A stretch of 64,000 nt of DNA from Planctomycetota bacterium (GCA_023150555.1 JAKLKQ010000006.1:51726-115725); one strand, 5' to 3'; positions 1-9,595 are shown, numbered from the stretch's first letter. Notes: generated by a model from the sequence alone, not told the origin. A program made the numbers and translations.

Positions 1-1886
1 TCGCGCGCCAGCAGTTCCTCGTGCGTGCCGGACTCGACGATCTGCCCTGCATCCAGGACCAGGATGCGGTCGGCGTTGACGATGGTGCTGAGGCGGTGGG
101 CAATGATGAAGGTGGTGCGGCCCCTCATCAGTTCGTCCATGGCCCTCTGGATCTTGGCCTCGGCCTCGCTGTCCAGCGCGCTGGTGGCCTCGTCGAGGAT
201 CAGGATGCGCGGGTCGGCCAGGATGGCGCGTGCGATGCTGATGCGCTGCTTCTGGCCGCCGCTCAGTTTCACGCCGCGCTCGCCGCAGCGCGCGTCCAAG
301 CCGCCGTCGGACTCCTGAATGAATTCCCACGCGCCGGCCATCTGCGCCGCGCGGACGATCTCTTCTTCAGTGGCGTCGTTGCGCGAGTAGGCGATGTTCT
401 CGCGGATGGTGCCGCGGAAGAGGAAGCTGTCCTGCAGGACCATGCCGATGTTGCGGCGGTAGCTTTCCAGGCGGTAATCGCGGATGTCGACGCCGTCGAC
501 GAGCACGCGGCCGCTGTCGACGTCGTACAGCCGCGCGAGCAGGTTGGTGACGGTGGTCTTGCCGCTGCCGCTGGCACCGACCAGCGCGATGCACTCGCCG
601 GGGGCGACGCGGAAGGAGACCTTGCTGAGCGTCGTGGCGCGGGCCTTGGGCGCTTCCGGCGCGTCGGCGGCGTCGGGGCGTTCGCTCTTGTAGCTGAAGC
701 TCACGTCCTCGAAGACGACGGCGCCGGACAGGCGGCCGGCTTCCTTGGCGCCGGGGCGGTCGGCGATCTCGGGGTTGACCGAGAGGATCTCGTCCACGCG
801 TTCGACGCTGGCCATCGCGGCCTGCACGACCTCGGTGAAGTTGATCAGTTCGGCGATAGGCTGGTGCAGCAGGCCCAGCAGGCCGTAGAAGGCGAAGAGT
901 TCACCGACGGTCATCGCGCCGGTGATGACGCGGTAGCCGCCGAACCAGATCAGCGCGATCACGCCCAGGGTGGCGGTGAGCTGCCAGAAGATCTGCACGC
1001 CGTAATGCGTGCGGCGGATCAGCAGGCTCTTGCGCACCATTTCGTGGACCATCTGCATGAAGGTCAGGTCCTCGCGGCGCTCGCGCGCGTAGGTCTTCAC
1101 CACGCGCACGCCGTTGAAGGTCTCGCCTGTCTTGGCCCACATGCGGGCGTTGTCCTCGCTGAGTTCCTTGTGCGCGGGGCGCAGGCGGCGGACGAACTGC
1201 CAGAAGCCGTAGCCGAAGACCGGCAGCACGAAGCTGCTGACCAGGGTCAGCTGCCAATCGATGTACAGCAGCGTGCCGGCGGCGAAGATTAGGCGCACGG
1301 CGCTGCTGGCGGAGTTGATGAAGCCGCCGAAGAGCAGTTCGCGGATCTGAGCTGTGTCGTTCATGATGCGCGAGCAGATGCGGCCGACCTGGTAGTTCTC
1401 CAGCCAGCACAGCGACATCGTCTGCATGTGGAAGTGCACGCGTATGCGCAGGTCGCGGATGATGCGCAGTGCCAGGTGCGTGATCGCCTCGTTGGTGACC
1501 CACAGGAACAGCGCGCGGACGATCATGAACGCGATCAGGCCGATGGAGACCCACGTCAGCAGTGAGAAGTCCTTCTGCGGCAGGATGATGTCCATCGTCC
1601 AGCCGATGGCCAGCGGCAGCACCACCATCATGCCCTGGTTGATCATGGTGAAGACCACCGCGACCGCGACCAGGATCTTGTGCGGGCGCACGAACTCCCA
1701 GAAGCGCTCCAGGCTTTTCCGGGTGACGGAGCCTTCGCGCTTGTCCTCGGGATTCTCGTCCGGGTCGATCTCGCCGCGCTCGTAGCGGAACAGGTGCTTC
1801 CATTGCCGCCGCTCGCGCAGCGTTTCGGGTTTCTTGTAGGCGTCGCTACTGGGAGGCTCCTGGGTCTTGGTCGTGTCGGTACTCAT
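1..1886 (-). CDS. ABC transporter permease/ATP-binding fusion protein (type I exporter, MsbA-like); C-terminus runs off the window start
   Basis: Minus-strand translation gives a multi-TM exporter domain followed by an NBD with Walker A GASGSGKTT, ABC signature LSGGQKQR and Walker B ILILDEATSALD. The start ATG is at 1884-1886. It is absent from the ORF track because it leaves the window. The + ORF 21..1292 is its antisense shadow. Confidence 0.85.
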   Translation of the reverse strand, partial: MSTDTTKTQEPPSSDAYKKPETLRERRQWKHLFRYERGEIDPDENPEDKREGSVTRKSLERFWEFVRPHKILVAVAVVFTMINQGMMVVLPLAIGWTMDIILPQKDFSLLTWVSIGLIAFMIVRALFLWVTNEAITHLALRIIRDLRIRVHFHMQTMSLCWLENYQVGRICSRIMNDTAQIRELLFGGFINSASSAVRLIFAAGTLLYIDWQLTLVSSFVLPVFGYGFWQFVRRLRPAHKELSEDNARMWAKTGETFNGVRVVKTYARERREDLTFMQMVHEMVRKSLLIRRTHYGVQIFWQLTATLGVIALIWFGGYRVITGAMTVGELFAFYGLLGLLHQPIAELINFTEVVQAAMASVERVDEILSVNPEIADRPGAKEAGRLSGAVVFEDVSFSYKSERPDAADAPEAPKARATTLSKVSFRVAPGECIALVGASGSGKTTVTNLLARLYDVDSGRVLVDGVDIRDYRLESYRRNIGMVLQDSFLFRGTIRENIAYSRNDATEEEIVRAAQMAGAWEFIQESDGGLDARCGERGVKLSGGQKQRISIARAILADPRILILDEATSALDSEAEAKIQRAMDELMRGRTTFIIAHRLSTIVNADRILVLDAGQIVESGTHEELLAR

Positions 1887-2077
1887 GGCGTGGTGAACAC
1901 CCCTCGTTGCGGTGCGGTCGGACAAACCGATTCGCGGACCGGCCGGCACCGGCCTGATTCCGCGCTTCGCTGTCCCGAGTCTCCGCCGGGCCCATTCGTG
2001 TGTTCCGGCGGCGGTAAGGCACTCTTCCCGCGTCCCTGCCCTTCCCCCTGCTACGGCGCTGCGCGTCGCAGAGGCCC

Positions 2078-3025
2078 TCAGGCCAACTGCTCCCCCGTCT
2101 CAAAGCCGTACGACTCGTCCTGCTGTGGCCACTTCTTCTCGGTGCTGTCTTTGGAAGGCTTTTCCGGCGTCATCTCGGCGCCCATCTCCATCAGCGAGGC
2201 CAGCGGATCGACGCGCGCCAGATGGTCCGGGTACAGGGCCGGCGCGGTCGGCGGCATGCTCTCGGCGGCGGCGCCGGCGGTCAGCGCGGCGCCATCGAGG
2301 AAGATCGAGAGGATCTGCTCGGCGATCTGCTCGCTACTGCGCATCCCGCCGAAGTTGCGGAGCGCTCCGCGGATGGTGGCCATCAGCATCACGCCGCCAA
2401 AGGCCGGCTCCAGGTCGCTGCGCACGCTGCCCTCGGCGATGCCCTCGGCCAGCAGGCGGATGAAGTACCCGCGCAGCTCGGCGCGCTTCTTCTCGAGATC
2501 CTCGCGCTCCTTGCAGCAGCGGAAGACCTTGTCGTGGTACAGGATCGCCAGCAGAGGCTCGTTACGGCGGAAGTACTCCAGCGTCATCGTCACCGCGCGG
2601 CGCAAGCGTATCATCGCCGAATCGCGCGTCTCGACGCCCGCGCGGATCACTTCGCCGGCGCGGTCCACGGCCAGGTGGACCAGCTCCATGAAGAGCGCTT
2701 CCTTCGTCGGGAAGTAGCGGTAGACGGTGCCCTTGCCCACGCCGGCCTGCTCGGCGATGTGATCGACCAGGACCTCGTGGTAGTCGCGCGTGGTGAAGAG
2801 CCGCACCGCGGCTTCGAGGATGCGCAGGCGCTTCTCGGGCGAGGGCTTGCGGCCGCAGCGGCGCGGCGCGGTGGTGGCGCCGGCACGCATCGGCGTCAGG
2901 CGCGAACCTTCCATCTCGCTCAGCGGAACATCATGGGCGGATTCGGCCAGTCTGACCTTGGTGGAGCCCTCCGGCGAGGGCATCTTGCCGCTCGAATATC
3001 GCTCGTCGCTCATCATAAAACGCAA
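2078..3025 (-). CDS. TetR/AcrR family transcriptional regulator (probable TTG start at 3025, or ATG at 3016)
   Basis: N-terminal HTH RILEAAVRLFTTRDYHEVLVDHIAEQAGVGKGTVYRYFPTKEALF is a classic TetR signature. It lies directly upstream of, and co-directional with, the ABC exporter. Confidence 0.85.
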   Translation of the reverse strand: MRFMMSDERYSSGKMPSPEGSTKVRLAESAHDVPLSEMEGSRLTPMRAGATTAPRRCGRKPSPEKRLRILEAAVRLFTTRDYHEVLVDHIAEQAGVGKGTVYRYFPTKEALFMELVHLAVDRAGEVIRAGVETRDSAMIRLRRAVTMTLEYFRRNEPLLAILYHDKVFRCCKEREDLEKKRAELRGYFIRLLAEGIAEGSVRSDLEPAFGGVMLMATIRGALRNFGGMRSSEQIAEQILSIFLDGAALTAGAAAESMPPTAPALYPDHLARVDPLASLMEMGAEMTPEKPSKDSTEKKWPQQDESYGFETGEQLA

Positions 3026-3052
3026 CCCAGCCCCCTAGAGGATCAATTCGGA

Positions 3053-3064
3053 CTGACCAGTCAG
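3053..3064. promoter_or_regulatory. Candidate TetR operator palindrome CTGAC-ca-GTCAG
   Basis: A perfect 5-2-5 inverted repeat sits about 35-40 bp upstream of the TetR start, at the edge of an AT-rich 460-bp divergent intergenic region. Confidence 0.4.
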
Positions 3065-3585
3065 TTTCAAGTATTACACTCCGATTATCGTCTTGGGTCA
3101 AGAGCGTTTTTATCGATTTCCTTTCCCGCTCAGTATGAGAATGCCGCGAACCATAGTTCATTTTACAGTCATAAATCGTTTGTTTACTTGAGTTAAAATA
3201 CATAGCTAATGAACATAGAACTAGGTCGAGAAATTATTTTCACGCACGCTGGCCACCAGCTGATAGTGGTTTCTCGGGCCGAAGAGGGGGTGAAAAAAAT
3301 TTCGAGGTGCGCTGGTTCCGTTAATTTCATGCCCTCAAAGGACTTTGGACCTATTAAAATAAGAATTGATATGGCTCGGACGTAAAAAAACATTGTGCAG
3401 ATGTTGACTCCTCGCGAAACTCGGTTTTTATAGGCTGATCGGGCGCTCGAGGGCCGGGTGGAAGCTCATGTCGGAATGCATCCTACAAGGTGCATGCCTA
3501 ATAAATACTTACTTTGGGGTCTCCCATTCTGCCTCGGCGCAGGCTCCCGCTGTGGGATTTGCGCCACGCCCAAATTACGCGGAGG

Positions 3586-4395
3586 ATGGTGGTCATGTTA
3601 CTTTCGTATGCGCAACGGCGCCACATGTACGAGCACGGCTATGTCAGCGTGCCCGGCGTCGTGCCCAAGGTGATGGTCGATGCCGCCTTGCGGGCCATAA
3701 ATCACTCGCTCGGCGAAGGCCTGCCTCAGGAAGAGATCCTCAAGCTGCGCGCCCAGTCGTACTGCCGCGAACTCCAGACCGATCCTGTCGTCACCGACCT
3801 GCTCAACAAGACCCCCGCCTGGACCCTGGGCGAGGAGATGATCGGCCAGCTTAAACCGCGCAAGAGCGCCCAGATCGCGTTGCGCTTCCCCGGGAAGGTG
3901 GGTCCACCGGGCAAGCTCGGCGGGCACCTCGACGGCCTGCCGACCAAGGACAACGGCGTCCCCGTCGACGGGAAATACCACAACTTCACGGCGCTCTGCG
4001 TGATCCTGCTCAGCCGCCTCGACGGTCCCTTCGCGGGAAACTTCACCGTCTGGCCGAGCAGCCACCGCAAGAACGAGCAGTACTTCCGCGAGCGCGGCCC
4101 CGAGTCGTTTCTCAACGACGGCATGCCGAAACTCGACTACGGCGAGCCCGTGCAGATCACCGGCGAGCCCGGCGACGTCGTCTTCGCGCATTACTCGACG
4201 GTCCACACCGCCGCGCCGAACTTCAGCCCGCACGTGCGCTACGCTGCGATCTACCGGCTCGAGCACAACCGCCGCGCCAACGGCGAAAACAGCTACGGGG
4301 ACGTGCTGACGAACATCTGGAAGGAATGGCCCGGCATGCGCGAGTTCGCCCCGGAGGCGGGCTTGCTGGAAGAGGCCAGGGTATCTAGCCCTTGA
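3586..4395 (+). CDS. Phytanoyl-CoA dioxygenase (PhyH) family Fe(II)/2-oxoglutarate oxygenase
   Basis: HLDG...HYSTVHTAAPN-type His/Asp/His facial-triad spacing and PhyH-like length. The ORF track starts at 3514, but the ggagga RBS followed by ATG at 3586 is the better start. Confidence 0.7.
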   Translation: MVVMLLSYAQRRHMYEHGYVSVPGVVPKVMVDAALRAINHSLGEGLPQEEILKLRAQSYCRELQTDPVVTDLLNKTPAWTLGEEMIGQLKPRKSAQIALRFPGKVGPPGKLGGHLDGLPTKDNGVPVDGKYHNFTALCVILLSRLDGPFAGNFTVWPSSHRKNEQYFRERGPESFLNDGMPKLDYGEPVQITGEPGDVVFAHYSTVHTAAPNFSPHVRYAAIYRLEHNRRANGENSYGDVLTNIWKEWPGMREFAPEAGLLEEARVSSP

Positions 4396-4432
4396 TCGAT
4401 AGGCGACTGGTCCTCTCCTGTCGATCTACCCC

Positions 4433-4467
4433 GGGGGCGCGTCGAAAGGCGCGCCCCCAACCTTTTG
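4433..4467 (+). terminator. Rho-independent terminator after the PhyH gene
   Basis: 9-bp GC stem GGGGGCGCG/CGCGCCCCC with a 7-8 nt loop, followed by aaCCTTTTg. Confidence 0.5.
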
Positions 4468-4590
4468 AAAGCATCGCAACCTGTTGTAAATAAATATGTT
4501 ATGTATGAATTTTAGCCTCGTTTTCCCACACCCTTTGGGCCCTTTCGCGCCACTGTCTTATGCAGGTGCGCTTTGCTATAAGGGCATGCC

Positions 4591-5133
4591 GTGACGACGA
4601 TGAGCCGCGACGAACTCGAAGCCCTGGTCCTGGCCCACCAGGCCGAGCTCTACCGCTACGTCCGCTACCTGGGCGCCGCCGACGCCACCGCCGCCGAGGA
4701 CCTCGTCCAGGAATCCTTCCTCGCCGCCTTCAAGAGCGAGAACGCGCCGGCCGCTTCGGAGCCCGCACGGCGCGCCGCCTGGCTGCGCGGCATCGCGCGC
4801 AACCTCTTCCTGCAGTACTGCCGCAGCCGCCGCACCAGCCCCGTGCAGGTCGATACGCAGGCGCTGGAAGCCGGCGAGCGCTTCTGGGCCGAGGACTTCC
4901 TGCGCGGCAGCGACGGCTTCGAGTACATCGAGGCCCTGCGCGGCTGCATGGAGCGCCTGGAAGAGAAGCCCCGCCGCGCGCTGGACCTCTTCTACAAGCA
5001 GAAGCTCTCGCGCACCGACGTCGCCGCGGCCTTCCAGATGACCGAGAACGGCATCAAGTCCTTCCTCCAGCGCGTCCGCGCGGCGCTGGGCGACTGCATT
5101 GAACGGCGCGTCAAGACGGAGCACGGCGGATGA
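4591..5133 (+). CDS. ECF (sigma-70 family) RNA polymerase sigma factor
   Basis: Sigma70 region 2 (ELYRYVRYL...DLVQESFL) and region 4 (ALDLFYKQKLSRTDVAAAFQMTENGIKSFLQRVR). GTG start. The stop overlaps the next gene by 4 nt. Confidence 0.85.
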   Translation: MTTMSRDELEALVLAHQAELYRYVRYLGAADATAAEDLVQESFLAAFKSENAPAASEPARRAAWLRGIARNLFLQYCRSRRTSPVQVDTQALEAGERFWAEDFLRGSDGFEYIEALRGCMERLEEKPRRALDLFYKQKLSRTDVAAAFQMTENGIKSFLQRVRAALGDCIERRVKTEHGG

Positions 5134-6512
5134 ACCGCGACGAAGCCCGCGACCGCCTCGTCGACACGCTCCTGCACGAGGCCTGCGGCGGCGAAGAGCC
5201 CCCGGATCTAAGCGCCCGCGTGCTGAGCCGCGCTTTCCCCAATCAATCCATCTTCGCGCGCGGCAAATCGAAGCGCGTCGACTGGCGCCTGTGGGGCCCG
5301 GCCTTCGGCGCCGCCGCGCTGATGGGCATCGTAGTCGGCCTGTGGCTGGTGCTGGCCAATCGCCCGGCTGCGCCCATCGTGGAGAACAATCCTCCGGAGA
5401 AGAAGGCGCCCGCGCGGCAGCCGCAGGACCGCAAACCCGCGCCGCAACCTGAAGTCGCACCGCAGCCCGAAGTCCCCGAGGTGGAGGATCCCTTCCGCCC
5501 CGGCACCATCGTGCAGACCCACGGCGAGCCCAGAAAGATCGAACTGGCCGGCTACTGCGCGCTGGAACTCATGCCCCACAGCACGCTGAAGATCGAACAG
5601 GCCAAGGGCACCGGCGACGCCCACACCACCCAGGTCGCGCTGCATGCCGGCGCCCTGGAATCGTCGGTCGAACCCGGCCAGGGCGGCTTCGCCGTCACGA
5701 CCGAACTCGGCGCCGTCGCGGTGCTGGGCACGCGCTTCATGGTCAAGCTCGCGCATACCGACGGGCCGCGCGGCGAGGGCAATCGCAAGGGCGAGGGCCG
5801 GCGCCTCGAAATCAAGGTCGCCGAAGGCAAGGTCAAACTCGACGCGCCGATGGGCGACCTCATCCTGAACACCGAACAGAAGGAAGGCGGCATCTTCACC
5901 GGCCTGCTGGTGGGGAAGGACCGCGAGAACAAGAATATCGAAGTCAAGGCCGACTACGACGACGGCGTGCTGAAGCTGGGCCCGCGCTGGATCGGCGGCA
6001 TGCCCGACGCCGGCGGCGGCCCGGACAAGGAAGCGCAGGAGCGCATCGCCAGGGTCTATCCCAGCCACCGCGTGCGCGTGCTGTGGGTGCGCGCCGAAGG
6101 CCCGCGCGTGGCCGGCGTCGAACTGCTGCCGCCCGAAGCCAAGGAAGGCACGGACGAAGGCCGCGTCACCTTTATCGGCGACGCGATGATCGAACTGCGC
6201 ACGACCGCCGGCACCTGGGAGCGCTACATGGCGCGGCAGGTGAAGGGCGACGGCGGGCGCTGGCGCCCCGATGGCGAGATCCTGCACCAGATCGAGCGCC
6301 TGAAGAAGGGCGACCGCGTACGCGTCAGTTGGAAGTACAACGAGCGCAAGCAGATCGGGCGCATCGAGATGCTCGACGGGCCGCGCGAGGGCGCGAAGGA
6401 ACGCGAGGGGCGGGACGCTCCGGTCGAACGGGAAGGCCGGGAAGGAAAGGACCGCAAGGAAGGCGACCGGCCGGCGCAGCCCGACCGCCCCAAAAAAGAT
6501 CGTGACTTCTAA
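5130..6512 (+). CDS. FecR-domain transmembrane anti-sigma factor with a C-terminal tandem-repeat domain
   Basis: Short cytoplasmic N-terminus, one TM helix (GPAFGAAALMGIVVGLWLVLA), a FecR-like segment (AVLGTRFMVKL), then two ~65-aa repeats carrying PRW-x-GG and RVRV-x-W motifs. The gene overlaps the sigma gene by ATGA. Confidence 0.75.
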   Translation: MNRDEARDRLVDTLLHEACGGEEPPDLSARVLSRAFPNQSIFARGKSKRVDWRLWGPAFGAAALMGIVVGLWLVLANRPAAPIVENNPPEKKAPARQPQDRKPAPQPEVAPQPEVPEVEDPFRPGTIVQTHGEPRKIELAGYCALELMPHSTLKIEQAKGTGDAHTTQVALHAGALESSVEPGQGGFAVTTELGAVAVLGTRFMVKLAHTDGPRGEGNRKGEGRRLEIKVAEGKVKLDAPMGDLILNTEQKEGGIFTGLLVGKDRENKNIEVKADYDDGVLKLGPRWIGGMPDAGGGPDKEAQERIARVYPSHRVRVLWVRAEGPRVAGVELLPPEAKEGTDEGRVTFIGDAMIELRTTAGTWERYMARQVKGDGGRWRPDGEILHQIERLKKGDRVRVSWKYNERKQIGRIEMLDGPREGAKEREGRDAPVEREGREGKDRKEGDRPAQPDRPKKDRDF

Positions 6513-6557
6513 GGCGAGCGCATTTTCCGCAACCGCAATGAAAGGGGAACGACGACA

Positions 6558-7115
6558 ATGAAGACGAATGCTTGGACGCTGGGCGTGCTGCTGCTGGGCG
6601 TGGTGGCGTGGGGCGCGCGCGCCGAAGGCGATGGAGCCGAAGGCGGAACCGTCAGCGGCGTGCTGGTCAAGAAGGACGGCGCGACGATCTTCGTGAAGAC
6701 CGACGGGACCGAAGAGGCCGTGAAGTACCGCCCGCGCTGGACCGGCGGGAACCCCGACCAGGGCGGCGGCTTCGACAAGGCGATCGAAGAGCAGATCAAG
6801 AAGATCCCCGTCACCAACCGCGTGCGCGTGACGTGGGTGCTCGAGGAAGGCCGCCGCGTCACCGCCATCGAGTGCGTGAAGCCCGAAGGCGAGAAGGGCG
6901 TCGACGAAGGCACCGTGACGGAAGCCGGCGAGAACTTCATCGAAATCCGCACCGCGGCGGGGACTTTCGAACGCTACCTGCCGCGCTGGCAGGAGGGCGG
7001 GCTCGACAAGGAGATGCTCGCGAAGATCAAGACGTTCAAGGCCGGCCAGAAGGTCCGCGTGGAATGGGTCTACGACGAACGCAAGCGCGTCGTCGGCATC
7101 AGCGGGCAGGAATAA
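6558..7115 (+). CDS. Secreted protein made of two copies of the PRW-GG / RVRV-W repeat (paralogous to the anti-sigma C-terminus)
   Basis: Signal peptide MKTNAWTLGVLLLGVVAWGARA. Two internal repeats (KYRPRWTGGNPDQGGG...RVRVTWV and FERYLPRWQEGG...KVRVEWV) align to the C-terminal half of the upstream anti-sigma factor. Confidence 0.7.
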   Translation: MKTNAWTLGVLLLGVVAWGARAEGDGAEGGTVSGVLVKKDGATIFVKTDGTEEAVKYRPRWTGGNPDQGGGFDKAIEEQIKKIPVTNRVRVTWVLEEGRRVTAIECVKPEGEKGVDEGTVTEAGENFIEIRTAAGTFERYLPRWQEGGLDKEMLAKIKTFKAGQKVRVEWVYDERKRVVGISGQE

Positions 7116-7146
7116 CGCGCCACTATTTTGGGATGCGGAGACAACC

Positions 7147-8196
7147 ATGAACAGCGATCGCAGACGCTTTCTGCTCCTGACTCTCGGCGCCGGAGGCGGC
7201 GCACTGCTGGGCCTCTCCCGGGGCCTGCGCGGTGACGCCGGGCACGCGGCCATCGCGACACCTGCGCCCGTTCCGGCGCCGGCGGACCTCGTCGCCGCCG
7301 AACGCAGCGGCCACGCGCTGGGCGCGAAGGTGGCGATCCGCGCGCTGCACGCCGACGGCGTTACGGCGCAGGCGGCTGCCGACGCGGCCTGGCGCGAACT
7401 CGAGACCGTCGAGGCGCTGATGAGCATCTACCGGCCCTCGAGCGAAGTCTCGCGCCTCAACCGCGACGGCGTCCTGACGGACCCGCATCCTTATACGGTG
7501 GCGGTCCTCACGACGGCGCAGGAACTCGCCGCTCAGAGCGACGGGGCCTTCGACGTCACCGTCCAGCCGCTGTGGGCGCTGTACAGCGCGCACCGCAAGC
7601 TTGGCGGCCTGCCGTCCGAAGATGAAGTCGCCGCCGCTCGAAAGTTCGTCGACTGGCACAAGCTCGAGGTGAACGCCAAGCGCATCCGCCTGGGCGCGCC
7701 CGGCATGGCCGTGACGCTGAACGGCATCGCGCAGGGCTACGCCGCCGACCGCGTGCGCGCCGCGCTTGCGGCGCACGGCATCGAACACGCGCTGATCGAC
7801 ACCGGCGAGATCGGGACCTTGGGCGACAAGGGCGCAGGCACGGATGCGCCGTGGAAGGTCGGCATCCAGCACCCGCGCGAGGAGAACCAGTACATCGCGC
7901 TGGCCGCGCTGCAGGGGCGCTGCCTGGCGACCAGCGGCGACTACGAGACGTTCTTCACTCCCGACCGCGTGAACAACCACATCTTCGATCCGCGCACGGG
8001 GCATTCGCCGCGCGACCTCAGCAGCGTCACCGTCGTGGCCGCCGACGCCACCCGCGCCGACGCGCTCTCGACCGCCGTCTTCGTCGCGGGTCCCGAGCGC
8101 GGGCAAGCGCTGCTGGAAGCGGCGCCCGGCGCCGAGGCCCTGCTGGTGCGCAAGGACGGCAGCATCCTGGCGACCAAGGGCTTCCCGAAGGCCTGA
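7147..8196 (+). CDS. apbE: FAD:protein FMN transferase ApbE (flavin transferase), Tat-exported
   Basis: Twin-arginine signal SDRRRFLLLTLGAGG. ApbE family motifs SRLN, GIAQGYA and TSGDYE. About 350 aa. Confidence 0.85.
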   Translation: MNSDRRRFLLLTLGAGGGALLGLSRGLRGDAGHAAIATPAPVPAPADLVAAERSGHALGAKVAIRALHADGVTAQAAADAAWRELETVEALMSIYRPSSEVSRLNRDGVLTDPHPYTVAVLTTAQELAAQSDGAFDVTVQPLWALYSAHRKLGGLPSEDEVAAARKFVDWHKLEVNAKRIRLGAPGMAVTLNGIAQGYAADRVRAALAAHGIEHALIDTGEIGTLGDKGAGTDAPWKVGIQHPREENQYIALAALQGRCLATSGDYETFFTPDRVNNHIFDPRTGHSPRDLSSVTVVAADATRADALSTAVFVAGPERGQALLEAAPGAEALLVRKDGSILATKGFPKA

Positions 8197-8224
8197 CCGC
8201 GCGGAAACGAAGAGGAGATTCCGA

Positions 8225-9595
8225 ATGCGCTCGAGCGTTTCGTCCCGCACGTTGCTTGCCGCCGCGCTGCTCGCCTGCTGCGCGGGCTCGGCCTGGTCGG
8301 CGGAGCTGGTCCTGACCAACGGCATCCGCGTGAAGGGTACCATCGCGAAAGAAGACGCCAACGGCTTCGACGTCGACGTCGGCGGCGCGCAGATGCACTT
8401 CGACCGCGCGAAAGTCTACACCGTCAGCGACCAGGGCAAGGTGCGCGTGATCACGCCCAAGGAGGTGGCCGTGCCCCCGCCTCCACCTCCGCCGCCGCCA
8501 ACAGCGACGAAGGCCGAACCGCCTGCGACGCCCGCAAAGAGCGAACCGCCGCCGCCCGCGCAAACACAAACCGCGCCACCCAGCGCGACAAAGACCGTCA
8601 CACGCACGCGCGCCGAAGTCGAGGCGCTGATCAAGAAGGAGGGCACCAGCAAGCCGCCCTGGTGGGACCAGTCGAGACTCAACTACCCGCAATCGCTGGA
8701 CATGACATGGCCCTTGAAGCCCAACGGCGGCTGGAACAACCAGGTCAACGTCGGGCAGTACATCTGGGACATCGTCAATCCGAACCCCGACCGCTGGCTG
8801 GAAGGCCTGCGCCTGGTCCACCACCTCATGCAGACCCACGCCAACGACGCCGAACTGCTCAAGCGCGACCTGCGCACCCTCGGCAGCATGTACCACAACC
8901 TGATGGAAGACTACCCGCGCGCGGCCTGGTTCTGGCGCAACGCCGGCGCAAATCACGAAGGCGTCGCCGATTGCTACTGGAAGATGGGCTGCAAGGAGAT
9001 GGCCGTCGAACTGCTCAAGCAGCTCGGCAACGACGACACGCGCCACGGCACGATCATCAAGCTCTGGGCCGACATGGGCGAACTGGACACGGCTCTGCGC
9101 CTGGCCGAAGCGAAAGCCAAGGACGGCCGCCCCGAGGTTGCCTACCTGGCCGCCGGCGAGGCCTGCCGCAAAGCCGGCCAGTTCAAGCGCGCGCTCGATT
9201 TCTTCCAGCGCGTCCTGGCCGTGCAGCAGAACGACACGCAGACCCGACAGAACGACTTCAAGCAGACCTACGAACGCGCGAAGGCCAGCATCGAAGCCAT
9301 CCAGGTCTACGAGATGCTCGACCTCGCGAAAGTCCGCGACGGCACCTACTCCAGCGACAGCTACGGTTACTCGGGGCAGGTCTTCGTCGACGTGACCGTC
9401 CAGCGCGGGAAGATCACCGACGTGAAGGTGCCGCGCCATACCGAGCGTCAATTCTACGGCGCCCTCGACAACACGACGAAGCAGATTCTGGACAAGCAGA
9501 GCGTGAAGGACATCGACACCTTCTCCTCCGCGACGATCACCAGCGAAGCCATCGTCAACGCGGCCGCCAAGGCCCTGGCCAGCGGCATGAAATAG
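8225..9595 (+). CDS. Secreted FMN-binding-domain protein (probable ApbE flavinylation substrate) with a Pro-rich linker and helical middle domain
   Basis: Signal peptide, a 10-proline run, and a C-terminal FMN_bind-like domain (YSGQVFVDVTVQRGKITDVKV...SVKDIDTFSSATITSEAI) with the D-x-x-S-S-A-T flavinylation-like motif. Confidence 0.75.
   Translation: MRSSVSSRTLLAAALLACCAGSAWSAELVLTNGIRVKGTIAKEDANGFDVDVGGAQMHFDRAKVYTVSDQGKVRVITPKEVAVPPPPPPPPPTATKAEPPATPAKSEPPPPAQTQTAPPSATKTVTRTRAEVEALIKKEGTSKPPWWDQSRLNYPQSLDMTWPLKPNGGWNNQVNVGQYIWDIVNPNPDRWLEGLRLVHHLMQTHANDAELLKRDLRTLGSMYHNLMEDYPRAAWFWRNAGANHEGVADCYWKMGCKEMAVELLKQLGNDDTRHGTIIKLWADMGELDTALRLAEAKAKDGRPEVAYLAAGEACRKAGQFKRALDFFQRVLAVQQNDTQTRQNDFKQTYERAKASIEAIQVYEMLDLAKVRDGTYSSDSYGYSGQVFVDVTVQRGKITDVKVPRHTERQFYGALDNTTKQILDKQSVKDIDTFSSATITSEAIVNAAAKALASGMK

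Noticed and set aside
21-1292. 423-aa + strand ORF at the window start
   Set aside because: It is the antisense shadow of the minus-strand ABC exporter, whose Walker A/B and LSGGQ motifs read perfectly on the reverse strand. Its composition is Ala/Gly/Asp/Val-rich with no motifs.
5208-7427. 739-aa minus-strand ORF spanning the anti-sigma and secreted-repeat genes
   Set aside because: Arg/Ala/Gly-rich low-complexity translation typical of antisense frames in high-GC DNA. The + strand genes have clear domains and operon structure.
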